The notes beneath the pieces were generated by a model. The model made no database searches and was not told the DNA's origin. It was given only the letters and a program-made list of their open reading frames with translations. A DNA stretch of 64,000 nucleotides from Bugula neritina (lineage: Eukaryota > Animalia > Bryozoa), in assembly GCA_964035545.1 (NCBI GenBank), contig OZ037765.1, positions 19,902,995 through 19,966,994 on the forward strand, read 5' to 3'. The translations under genes and the position numbers were made by a program. The stretch's first letter is position 1. Each line of letters opens with the position of its first letter. This document shows positions 48,469 to 58,422 of this stretch, in pieces.

Positions 48469-51400
48469 CTACTGCTTAGAAACACGTCTACTCCTGACTG
48501 CATCAGCGAATGAAAAGATCGAGCAACGTGGTTGGGGTGCGTGATTAAGACTTTGTGCACCCGGCGGATGAATTTTGTTTCTATTTCCGCCGATGCAAAA
48601 GTTGATATTTCCGTGGTGTTGACAACTCCCACATTTGCTCGATTCTTTTCTCGTACGGTTTTCCCCTAGACTTTCATGCGTGCCGCTTTTAACGCAGTCA
48701 CATACGAAGTCCTTCAAGTATGCGGGGGGTTGCCTCGTACGCTGTCCCCTTTCTAGGGGGGGTGACACGCTTGCCGGTTCGTTAGTAGGGGCCTCTAATG
48801 GCGTCTCTACTTCACCGTCAGCGGTCACCTCTTCTTGTTCTCCGGATGGAGCCCCTCCCTCCGTGGGGGTTTGCACTTCCGGAACCGGCTCGGTTTCTGG
48901 AAGTGATGGAATTAGACTTGGCGGTGGCGAACACGCTTCTGTTGACAAAAGCTGCCGCTCCTCTCTCACCAAGTTTTCTTCCCGCGGTATGACCACTTCG
49001 TATTCAGGTCCATGCCGCCGTCGCCCGCGCGTTGTTGTTTGCCTCCTGGGCTCTAACAACGGGGGGGCTTCTCCCACTCCGCCGGGGCTAGCCCAATACG
49101 GTTTCAAGCGAGACTCATTCTGGATAGACACCTGTCCTGAGCGCTCAATCTTGTACGTATGATTGGGCATAGCCTCGACGACCACGTAGGGGCCTACGAA
49201 CTTAGGCTTCAGCTTATCAGCCTGTCCGCGGCGCCTACGGTAATTGACCATCCACACCTTATCTCCCGTTTGATAGAGAGGTGGTTCATCGGAATCTTCG
49301 TGCCGCACCTTCCACTGCTGTTGGCGCAGTATATCGTGTGCGGCCTTCATCCGTTCCACTAGTTCACTGGCATACTCGTGGACTGAGTTATCTTGCTCTG
49401 GAACGTGATAGGTGAGATGGTCAGGGACACGAGTCTCTCTCCCGAGCATCAAGAGGTTTGGGGTCTCACCAGTACTGGTGTGTGGGGTGCTACGGTATGC
49501 ACGCATGACTTGCGGCAACACCGTATCCCATTCCTCTTGACCTCGTCCAAGGAGGAGACTCCGGAGTGCATCACCTAGCATCCGGTTGTTGCGCTCCACC
49601 ACCCCGTTACCTTGAGGGTGGTAGGGGATGGTCCTGCTCTGATTTACTCCCCAGAGGCGGCAAAGGTCGCTCATCAGTTGAGACTGGAATTGAGCGCCTT
49701 GATCAGAGTGTATCTGTTCGGGGAGCCCAAAATAACAGAATACATGTTGGTCTAGTGCCCTGGCCACTGTTGGGGCTGATGCATCTGGGATAGCCAGAGC
49801 ATCCGCCCACCTAGTAAAGTGGTCGGTTAGTACTAGGATCCAATTATTGCCTCTGGGGGTCAGGGGCATGGGTCCGACCAGGTCTACAGCGACTACTTGC
49901 CAGGGCCTACCAGCGTATAGCCTCCGCCGTCCTGCTTCACCAGGGGGGCGGCTATGCTTACTGGCCTGGCAGATCTCACACTGTTTGACTCTGAGCCGGA
50001 CATCACGCTCCATTTGTGGCCAATACCACCGAAGTCGTAATTTGGACATCACTCGCTTGACCCCTGCGTGGGCCTGCTTGTGAGTATCCCAAATCAACTC
50101 ACGGCGGATGGCTGTGGGGCAGACTACCCTCTTCCTTTCTGGGTGTCTGCCGCTGGCAGCTAGAGAGATGGTTAGTAACCCATCCTGCCCGATCCGCAGC
50201 GAGTCCCAACGCTGACAGTATAGCCGGAACTCGGCGCATCCCTGTCGTATGCGTTCCTCGCTGGGTCGTCGCCCTTCCCTTTTGGCCCGGTATATGTCTG
50301 CCACGACTCCAGGCAGCTCTTCTTGGAGCTTCTTCAGCCCTCGAACATTACCGGCCAGTACAGGGTTGGCGCGGAGGTTTTGTACATCCTCCGGGGACTC
50401 ATCAACTCTTTGCCTGAGTTGACCTTGATCCCAGTCAAACGGTGCTCCGTGATGAGCCAGCGTCTCCAACTCGCATCGCGGGGGACCTCCATCCCTCCTC
50501 TCGATGTTGAGACACTGTTTGCAACCTCCGTCAGGTCGGCGACTCAACCCATCCGCATTGCTGTGTCTCTTGCCCGGTCGATGTTCGATCCGGTATGAGA
50601 ATTCAGCTAGGATTTCGAGCCACCGGGCGACCTGACTAGAGGGCTCTGCTCTCCTGCACAACCAGATCAGCGAGGCATGGTCCGTACGCAGCCGGAACTT
50701 CCTGCCATATAGGTATGGTCTGAAGTGCTTCACTGACTTGATTACTGCCAGCAGCTCCTTGCGGGTAGTGCAGTAATTTCGTTCAGCGGGTGAGAGAGAC
50801 TTGCTGTAGTAGGCTACTACTACCTCTCGGCCTTCCTGCACTTGTGACAGCACAGCGCCAACATTTTGGTCACTGGCGTCCGTGTCCAGGATGTACTCCA
50901 GAGTGAGATCTGGGTAGGCCAAGATGGGCGCCGTTAGTAGGCAGCCCTTGAGGCGGTCGAACGCTTCTTGCTCGACTGGAGTCCACTGCCACGTCACTCC
51001 CTTTGTGGTGAGCCGGTTTAACGGCTGGGCTATGCCCGCAAAGTCTGGTATGTATTGCCTGTAATACCCTACCAGCCCCAAGAAAGCCCGGAGTCCGGTC
51101 AAGTCTTGGGGGGTGACCCAGTCTTCTACTGCCCGTACCTTTTCGGGATCCGTTGCCACGCCGTTTCGACCGACAACGTGCCCCAGATACTTGACCTCCG
51201 GCTGCAATAGAGCGCACTTGGAAGGTTTGAGCTTAAGACCGGCACCTCGGAGTCTCTCGAAAACCTCCTGCAGACGACTGACATGTGTCTCGAAGTCTGG
51301 AGAGATTACGATGACATCATCGAGGTAGACCAGCAGTGTCTTCCAATGGAGTCCGCTAAGGACTTGTTCCATCAGCCTCTGGAAGGTGGCTGGGGCGGAG

Positions 51401-53040
51401 GTTAACCCGAAGGGCAGCACCTTCCACTTCCACAAACCGTCCCGTGTGATAAACGCCGCTTTCTCTTGGGCGTCGGGACTCAGAGGAACCTGCCAATAGC
51501 CGCTTAGCAAGTCTAGCGTACTGAAGTACTTGCTGCCGGCTAGGGCGTCCAATGACTCGTCAATACGAGGTAGAGGGTAGGCGTCCTGTATGGTTACGCT
51601 ATTGAGTTTGCGATAGTCCACACAGAACCGCCAACTGCCGTCTTTCTTCCGGACCAGTACGACTGGCGAGCTCCACGCGCTATGGGCGGGCTCTATCAGT
51701 CCCCGGTCCAGAAGATCCCGTACTTGTCGGCTAACCTCCTTCTCTTTCTCCGGCCCCAGCCTGTGTGTGGGCTGCCGGACAGGGACTGTCCCTGCAGTCA
51801 GCGGTATTTCGTGTCTGACAATTCCAGTCAGTCCCACGTCATGCTCTCCACTGCTGAACACATCACCGTAGTCGCGTAGTAACTTAGCCATAGCTTGGCG
51901 TTCTCTGTTACTCGCGCAGCCGCCACTGGCTGTTTCGTATAACTCCCGGAGATGTGTTGGGACTGCCCCCCGTCCCTGAATAGGGCACTGAGGGGGTGCC
52001 TCCGTCGCATCACCCAGCGACGGGCCTACGTCTCCCTCCTGAACAGAGTGAAAACGGCCCAGCATCAACCCAGCCGGGAGCTTGATAGGCTCGGTAAAGG
52101 GGTTGACACACTGCACTAAGATCTCCCCTCGCTCAGTCAGCTGATTCAGACTGCTGGCAAGTTGGATCTTTTCGTGCGCGCCTTCAACCACCCCGAGTCC
52201 AGAGATCCGGCTACTATTCACCCTGCAGTGAATGGTAGCCCGGGAGCGGCCTGGTATGATACGGTTGCGTACCACTTGCACACCTCCCACTAAAGGGCGG
52301 CCGAACTTGTCGACGCAGGCGAGTTCACGCCCGGACATCATCATTGCAGATCTGCTAAAATCTATGTGACATCCGTGCCGTTTAAGGAACGGCATCCCGA
52401 GGATAGCATCCTCCTTGAGCTGACTGACGATGAACGTCTCTTGGATCGTTTGATCACGGACTCGTCCCGTCAGCTCAATTATACCATAGAAGGGAAGGCA
52501 CGACCCGTCAGCGAGGGTGCCGTATTCCCCTTCGTATGCTTCCATCTCGCCCCTGACCCTAGTACTGAGGGTGTCGAAGAGTTGGCGGCTTAAGAGGTTT
52601 GTGGTACAGCCCGAATCAATGAGGAAAGTAACAGCTTTGCCTTCCAGTTTACTGGGCAAGAAATAGCTGTTCCCATGGGGCTGCACCTGAACTCTCCCTT
52701 CAGGCCTCACTCTCGCAGGGAGTACCTCCCTCGCTTTGGGTCGCGAAGGAGGTCTCTTAGGGCGGTGGTAGGTAGGCCTCGGGGGTGCTGAGGCTAGATT
52801 CTCAGTTACCTTTGTGGGCTCCCATCCAGATTCTTGGACTTGTAGCCCTGTGAATCTGTTGTGAAGGGGCATAGAAAAGGCAGCTGCGGGGCGAAGCCCC
52901 TTGCTGGTCCGTCGTGGCTGTTGCCACTGTTGGTTACCAGTACGCGGTACCCGTCTGGGTGACCTGCGTTTCTTCTTCCCTGGAGGTTTCATCGTCGGCC
53001 CGCGGAAGGTGGGAACATCTGCGGGCCGCGGTAGTTTAAC
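48469..53040 (-). CDS. pol: Pol polyprotein (aspartic protease, RT, RNase H, integrase), in the -1 frame relative to gag
   Basis: FLIDSG; RFCVDYRKLN, LPFGL, YLDD; LDTDAS; HHCC (THKQAH...CEIC), DDE (AVDL, HSDQG, VERNNR), GPY module; uninterrupted ORF. Confidence 0.97.
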   Translation of the reverse strand, partial: VKLPRPADVPTFRGPTMKPPGKKKRRSPRRVPRTGNQQWQQPRRTSKGLRPAAAFSMPLHNRFTGLQVQESGWEPTKVTENLASAPPRPTYHRPKRPPSRPKAREVLPARVRPEGRVQVQPHGNSYFLPSKLEGKAVTFLIDSGCTTNLLSRQLFDTLSTRVRGEMEAYEGEYGTLADGSCLPFYGIIELTGRVRDQTIQETFIVSQLKEDAILGMPFLKRHGCHIDFSRSAMMMSGRELACVDKFGRPLVGGVQVVRNRIIPGRSRATIHCRVNSSRISGLGVVEGAHEKIQLASSLNQLTERGEILVQCVNPFTEPIKLPAGLMLGRFHSVQEGDVGPSLGDATEAPPQCPIQGRGAVPTHLRELYETASGGCASNRERQAMAKLLRDYGDVFSSGEHDVGLTGIVRHEIPLTAGTVPVRQPTHRLGPEKEKEVSRQVRDLLDRGLIEPAHSAWSSPVVLVRKKDGSWRFCVDYRKLNSVTIQDAYPLPRIDESLDALAGSKYFSTLDLLSGYWQVPLSPDAQEKAAFITRDGLWKWKVLPFGLTSAPATFQRLMEQVLSGLHWKTLLVYLDDVIVISPDFETHVSRLQEVFERLRGAGLKLKPSKCALLQPEVKYLGHVVGRNGVATDPEKVRAVEDWVTPQDLTGLRAFLGLVGYYRQYIPDFAGIAQPLNRLTTKGVTWQWTPVEQEAFDRLKGCLLTAPILAYPDLTLEYILDTDASDQNVGAVLSQVQEGREVVVAYYSKSLSPAERNYCTTRKELLAVIKSVKHFRPYLYGRKFRLRTDHASLIWLCRRAEPSSQVARWLEILAEFSYRIEHRPGKRHSNADGLSRRPDGGCKQCLNIERRDGGPPRCELETLAHHGAPFDWDQGQLRQRVDESPEDVQNLRANPVLAGNVRGLKKLQEELPGVVADIYRAKREGRRPSEERIRQGCAEFRLYCQRWDSLRIGQDGLLTISLAASGRHPERKRVVCPTAIRRELIWDTHKQAHAGVKRVMSKLRLRWYWPQMERDVRLRVKQCEICQASKHSRPPGEAGRRRLYAGRPWQVVAVDLVGPMPLTPRGNNWILVLTDHFTRWADALAIPDASAPTVARALDQHVFCYFGLPEQIHSDQGAQFQSQLMSDLCRLWGVNQSRTIPYHPQGNGVVERNNRMLGDALRSLLLGRGQEEWDTVLPQVMRAYRSTPHTSTGETPNLLMLGRETRVPDHLTYHVPEQDNSVHEYASELVERMKAAHDILRQQQWKVRHEDSDEPPLYQTGDKVWMVNYRRRRGQADKLKPKFVGPYVVVEAMPNHTYKIERSGQVSIQNESRLKPYWASPGGVGEAPPLLEPRRQTTTRGRRRHGPEYEVVIPREENLVREERQLLSTEACSPPPSLIPSLPETEPVPEVQTPTEGGAPSGEQEEVTADGEVETPLEAPTNEPASVSPPLERGQRTRQPPAYLKDFVCDCVKSGTHESLGENRTRKESSKCGSCQHHGNINFCIGGNRNKIHPPGAQSLNHAPQPRCSIFSFADAVRSRRVSKQ

Positions 53041-53942
53041 CCCTGATTTAGGAAGGGACAATATCGGCGGAAATGTCCTTGATTTCCGCACTCCCAGCAA
53101 AAACTGACTGTTTCTCCCTGTGGCGGCGCCGATGGCCGCATGGGCTCAGGGGCGGTACTCACTGGGTTTTGTGGTGTCAGTGTTGCTATCAGCTTGGCTA
53201 GCATGTCCGTCAGTTGAGTGACTTTTGATGCCGTCGCCAACTGGGACACGGCAGCCGCGGCGGGGGTTTCCTCCCCTTGTCCCGCGGCCGTGTCTGCGCG
53301 GTCTATCTCCACTTGGCGGGAGCTTCCGCGACTTTTATGCATTTGATTAGCTAGGAGGTAAGCTTCCCCCTCAGTCAGAGCATCTTCAACGGTGGTGACT
53401 CCCCTAGCTAGAAACTGGTGGTGGAGACCCAGATCGTCGACAGATGCTATGAAAGCGTCGAGGGTGTACCTCTCGCGGTTGACCGGGGGCAAGTCGCTGT
53501 ACGCGATCTGTGCCAGCTTCATGACCGCGGCGGCATGCTCCCGCAGCGGGGTGCGGGGATCACGCCGCAACCTCTGCAATCGGGCCCTGGCATCTGTAGC
53601 AGAGAGGCCAAAGCGGGCCCGCAGAGAAGCAAAGATATTATCAATGTCTACACCCAGCCCATAGGGCTTGGCTTTGTCCATCAATGCCATTCTAAGCTTC
53701 AGCAAGGCCACCCTAGGGGGCCACTGAGCGACGTCCATTACGTCGCTAAACTCTTGGATAAATTGTTCCACCTCCTCTTCACCCGTGAAGGTGGGCGCCT
53801 TTAACCTGTAGCGGTCCTCAGCTAGTTCTCGCGGAACCCTTCGCTCTTCTACTACATGGTTAACAGGCATTGTCTCTACAGCATTGTCTCTATGCTCACC
53901 TTCGATTGCCGGTGGTTGAGTTCCAGCATTTTCAGTCTCCAT
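52989..53942 (-). CDS. gag: Gag (317 aa) with CCHC zinc knuckle
   Basis: ATG 12 nt after the PBS; capsid-like APTFTGEEEVEQFIQEF...LRARFG; CWECGNQGHFRRYC. Confidence 0.93.
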   Translation of the reverse strand: METENAGTQPPAIEGEHRDNAVETMPVNHVVEERRVPRELAEDRYRLKAPTFTGEEEVEQFIQEFSDVMDVAQWPPRVALLKLRMALMDKAKPYGLGVDIDNIFASLRARFGLSATDARARLQRLRRDPRTPLREHAAAVMKLAQIAYSDLPPVNRERYTLDAFIASVDDLGLHHQFLARGVTTVEDALTEGEAYLLANQMHKSRGSSRQVEIDRADTAAGQGEETPAAAAVSQLATASKVTQLTDMLAKLIATLTPQNPVSTAPEPMRPSAPPQGETVSFCWECGNQGHFRRYCPFLNQGLNYRGPQMFPPSAGRR

Positions 53943-53954
53943 CTTGGATGCACT

Positions 53955-53972
53955 ATCCCACCGCTGCCACCA
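53955..53972 (-). promoter_or_regulatory. Primer-binding site complementary to the tRNA-Leu 3' end
   Basis: TGGTGGCAGCGGTGGGAT, 1 nt from the 5' LTR; its complement ATCCCACCGCTGCCA-CCA is the 3' end of metazoan tRNA-Leu(AAG-type). Confidence 0.9.
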
Positions 53973-53973
53973 C

Positions 53974-54278
53974 TGTTATAATTTTTAGATTTAGGGTTGA
54001 TGTGCTATCCAGAGAGTCTATTTATTTACTATAGAACTGCACCAGGATAAGTCGAGTGAACGAGTATATTTTACACACAATTATACATTATAAAAACGTT
54101 ACATTATTTCCAAACAAGTTACACATCTAATCTATTTCACACTCTAGCTTCGACTGAGTTAGCAGCGGGAAACTACAATTGCTGCTAACTATCAACTACG
54201 CTAATTGGTTATCCATTGTTCCGGGTCAATTGCGCGACCCTACATGTTGTGCTGCTGGTAGTTCCACGAACCACCACA
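53974..54278 (-). repeat. 5' LTR
   Basis: Adjacent to the PBS; minus strand contains an Inr-like ACTCAGTC and an AATAAA. Confidence 0.95.
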
Positions 54279-56381
54279 ATATCCTCACATATGGAAAGAA
54301 AGGAAACAGTAAAGTAGTTTTACTTAAGCTTAATAAGCTCTTTGAAATTAGATATTAAAATACTTTGTTATAAAAATTATGGATTGTTCCAAAAAGTATT
54401 TTTTTGTGTAAAAATATGATATAGAATAAACTAATAAAGCTATCCAGTTGTTGCAGCCACTTATAAATGGCCCGAGATCTTTTATATATATATATATGTA
54501 TGTTGGTGATAAATATAGATTTTAAATATTATTTGCTGCATTCTCATTCTGATTCCTTCTAATTTCCAATCTGTCTTTTAGGGTAGCAGGTTTTTTTTCG
54601 GAAACAATATGGTTGTATTTAAACAATGCAGGCTAATACACACGAATACACTCTCACACAACACACGCACACGGACGAACACTCACACATTACTCTGGTG
54701 TTAATAGCTCAGCCGAAAGAAATGATTCTTTCAGTTTAGATTCAAACACACACGGATGCTGTGGAGCATGCACCTCAAAGCATACATTAATTAATTTTAT
54801 CAATCACATGATATCTATGTAAACTATTCTAATTGCATGGAACAGTTTTTTGCAGGGCCAAAAAATTGTATTACGCTAGTTAGAGAGAAGACAATTACTG
54901 TCTCGTAATGATTTTGACATGTAATGTGATAGCTCATGGCAACCAGCTGTAAACACCTGCTCAAATATTTTTAATAAAAGCGTAAATTTTTTTAACACGT
55001 AGACTTTAAAACCAACAAAAATGATAAGTGGTAAAAATAATTTTTTAAAAAACATCTCTGCTTTTAATATTTAATAAATCTAACAGTATTGTTGACTATA
55101 AGTATTGCAATTATTTGTTATTAAAGATGAGCTGCACAAAGTGACTAATTTGGTGTATTTTCTCTTTACACATTGTCAGCATTTACTTATCAACTAGTTT
55201 TACTCAATGTATTTAGACTTTAAAACATTTTATGGCAAACAGAAGGCTCCTCCCAGATCTGCAGCATTATGTCAATCAAAGCTTTAGTGAAACTATAAAG
55301 TATTGTAAACTATCAGCGCTTGCAATTACATTTGTGTTTTTCAATGGCACAATTTTAATTTTATAACATTTCTCATAAGACCTGGACTTTTATTTGTTCA
55401 GGAAAAAGTTCCAGAGTTTCTAAATGTTAATAATTTTCACAACATTAGTTTATGTATGTTGTATATATAAACACTTTTATTATTCTAATCTTAATTTCAT
55501 TGATTTCTATGTAATTAATGGAAACATAAGATACAGTTTATGTGAATATTATTTATTGAGCATTTAACTGATAGATGAAGTAGTGGCAACAGGTTCACAG
55601 AAAAAACAAAAGTGTGGCTAAACATAGACACAGATACTGCAATCCGGCTGCTGAAAATCACTGGTTACTGTTTTTGCAGCCAGACAACTGAAATTATATA
55701 AACCAGAACATTACAACACTTTGAATTGGGTAAAAACTAAACAGTAACTATAAAGATTGCACTCAAAAAATTATGTTGTATATTTTAAATACATCCAAGC
55801 TTGGCCATTGTTAGTTGACGCATCACATATATATATCACAGATAACATTACAACTCAACATAACGCACACGATAAGAGCGTTGCACTTCTTCTCTTGAAT
55901 ATCAGATACTACGCCACAGTGTACTGCAATATGTCTGCCCATCACTAATTATCTAGCAATGGTATTCATTCCACTGGTAGTATTTGTTCCTGCATCGACA
56001 CCTTATCTATACTGTGTTTGGTTTTATTTAGCAAGTAGTTGTCATATACCAAATGCCTTCTTCATGCAGCTTAACTTGCTCCATGTATTTAAGAAAGTTT
56101 TCTTACAGTCTGTAATAATAGAACACTACTATTATTATAAGTACGCTGTTTTACTTTTAGATATATTAACTATAGAAACAAAATTTATTAGTTTGAGATA
56201 ATTGCAGCTTTATTCAACAGTGACTATAGGGAGTATAATTCAGATAATTGTTTTATGATTGGTGACTCTTATAGCTAGGGTAACATATCATGTTACAATT
56301 ATAAAATATTTAATTTGGATTGACATTTCATTTGAACAGCATATATGAAATTATGATACCATAAATAATATGACTGCTTAC

Positions 56382-56802
56382 CTGTGTTAATATAACCGTC
56401 ATTAACTTGGTGAGCTGTGACTTTGATATGATTGAGTCATTGTATAACTTTTGTATGACATTCAACTCCTGTTCCATCTCTATTCTTTCTTCCTGTTGTA
56501 AATTATCAGAATATTTTATGAGTTTTATTATTAGTTTAAGTAGAAAATTAGTGTTCTTTACAATTTACGCTAGTAGAATAGAAAAATTAGAAAATTAGAA
56601 AAAATTCAAATCAACTTATTTAGTCATGACGTAGTGATAAACACAACATTTCACTCACTGCTGACTTATTATGTAAAACTCTCTTAATCCACATTCTCTC
56701 TCCTTTACCAAACACAGTAAATGAGTACAGAGTAGTTGAAGTGATAGACATGATGAGTGATAATATTAGTTCAGTAAATCTCTGCTCAATAAACTCTCTT
56801 GG
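56382..56802 (-). CDS. Two exons of an unidentified gene, copy 1 of a local duplication
   Basis: Exons 56802-56659 (PREFIEQRF...VLHNKSA|gtgagt) and 56492-56382 (EERIEMEQELNVIQKLYNDSIISKSQLTKLMTVILTQ|gtaagc), phase 0; may be a pseudogene. Confidence 0.4.
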
Positions 56803-56902
56803 CTGATGCAAATCAAGTTTGTGACTTTGTGTTGTGAAAGTTATGCTTTTGATTGTTGAGTGTAATGAAGTTAACAATGCATTAAAATTTGAATTTAAAA
56901 TG

Positions 56903-56904
<2 letters not shown>

Positions 56905-56960
<56 letters not shown>

Positions 56961-56965
56961 TATAC
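56905..56965. repeat. (AT)n microsatellite
   Basis: Visible; another (AT)n lies at about 22383-22416. Confidence 0.95.
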
Positions 56966-57589
56966 AATCACATATTTAGATTTTAAATATTCTGTTATTT
57001 TATTTACAGCAGAGTTATCATTTTGAAAAAAGTCAACTATGCAACGCTGATTAGAGTTAATACACAAGTGTTTAATAATATTTAATTTGATTAGAAGCTT
57101 TCATGCGATATGTTTGTTTATTTCCATTGTGTGATTTTATATACTAGAAGTTGTACCATTACGAAATTCAGATGGCTTTACATCAGTGGTTCCCAACCTT
57201 TTTTGTTCTATTCCCCCTTTCATAAATGTTGACGATTAATTTCCTCCCCCTTTCGAAGAGTGAAGAGATTTTATGACTTACTGAATGAGAATATATGATA
57301 CAATGCAATATATTTCGTTCTATTATATTTGCATATAATATAATCATCATAATAGTAATATTATCGTTATTTTTATATTATAAAACACAGATGCTTTTGT
57401 GCCAGCTTGCTTAAGCCTGGCTCTTTGTTTGACCAGGCTCATCTTAAGTCACTCTGCAGGTTAAGGCAGTTTCTCTTCTCTTTGAATTGATGAGAATCCT
57501 ACCTCACATGGATAGGTGGGGCTGGATGGCACCAGAACTCTGCTTTGTCAGTTATGTGTGGGAAGAGTTTGCTTGTTGAAACCCACAAT

Positions 57590-57905
57590 TATTTTAGGTA
57601 AAACTGGTGCATGTAAAAGTGGCACAGGTAATAATGGCACAAATGGAAAAGTAGGTAAAATGGCACACCGATGTTGAATTTTTTTAAACTCAAACCCCAA
57701 ACCCTTCACCCCAAGCCCCCAACCCTTGAACCCTAAACCCTCACTCCCTAACTCAAACTCCAGAACCCCAAGTGCAAACCCAAAATCCTCACTTCAAACC
57801 CCTCTTTCAAACTCCAAACCCCTACCCCAGTATTGAAAACATGTGCCATTTTTACCTACTTTTCCATTTGTGCCATTATTACCTGTGCCATTTCTACTGG
57901 ACACC
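57590..57905. mobile_element. MITE nested in the hAT element (9-bp TSD, Mutator-like)
   Basis: Long inverted arms built of GGTAA(A/T)AATGGCACA units with an AAACCC-rich core; ACCCACAAT duplicated at 57581-57589 and 57906-57914. Confidence 0.75.
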
Positions 57906-58214
57906 ACCCACAATCCATCAATGGGAGAAGATTTCAAATCACCCTTCATTGCTGAATTGTGAACCAACTCAATAAGATTTTCTTGTAACTCTTCTGAAAA
58001 CTTTTTAACAAAGCGTTGCAATGGGTCACATGTCAAGTTATTGTTAACCAACTTAATAAAGTCTTCCTGTAACTGTAACTGCAATGGGTCACATGTCAAG
58101 TTAAGAATCTAGCTCTTTCTTTTTGGGAGGTAGCTCAGAAAAATATCGTTAAAACTTCATTAAAGATTCAGAGAGATGCCTAGGAACTTTTTTGAAAAAT
58201 GATCTGGAACCGGA

Positions 58215-58422
58215 AGTGTCCGGTAAAAATGGTAGAGGTAAAAATGGCACAGGTAATAATGGCACAAATAGAAAATTAAGTAAAAATGGCACATATTTTC
58301 TAAATTAGCATTGTAGATTTGAGTTGGGGGTTAGGCGTTCAGAATGGAGGGGTTTGGGTTTGGGTTTGGGAAAATTTAACACCAGTGTGTGATTTTTATC
58401 TGTGCCATCTTTACCTAAAATC
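58215..58422. mobile_element. Second, inverted and shorter copy of the same MITE family nested in the hAT element
   Basis: Same GGTAAAAATGGCACAGGTAATAATGGCACAAAT arms and GGGTTT-rich core; TSD degenerate (ggaaccgga / ggaacaagt). Confidence 0.65.

Larger units (their letters stand above)
46774..54278 (-). mobile_element. Full-length Ty3/Gypsy LTR retrotransposon (7505 bp), very recent insertion
   Basis: 305-bp TG...CA LTRs at 46774-47078 and 53974-54278, differing at one position that I can see (46899 A vs 54099 T); 4-bp TSD ATAT (46770-46773, 54279-54282); PBS, PPT, intact gag and pol with PR-RT-RH-IN order; sharp GC increase relative to host. Confidence 0.97.

Noticed and set aside
47395-53804. 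Numerous plus-strand ORFs within the retrotransposon (e.g. 48635..49162, 53418..53804)
   Set aside because: Antisense shadows of GC-rich gag/pol/ORF3 coding sequence; no motifs, mostly non-ATG starts.
53955-53972. tRNA-Leu gene
   Set aside because: Only the 18-nt 3' end including CCA is present, next to the LTR; it is the PBS.
57690-57830. Interstitial telomeric repeat
   Set aside because: Irregular AAACCC-like units confined to the MITE core, not a true telomere array.
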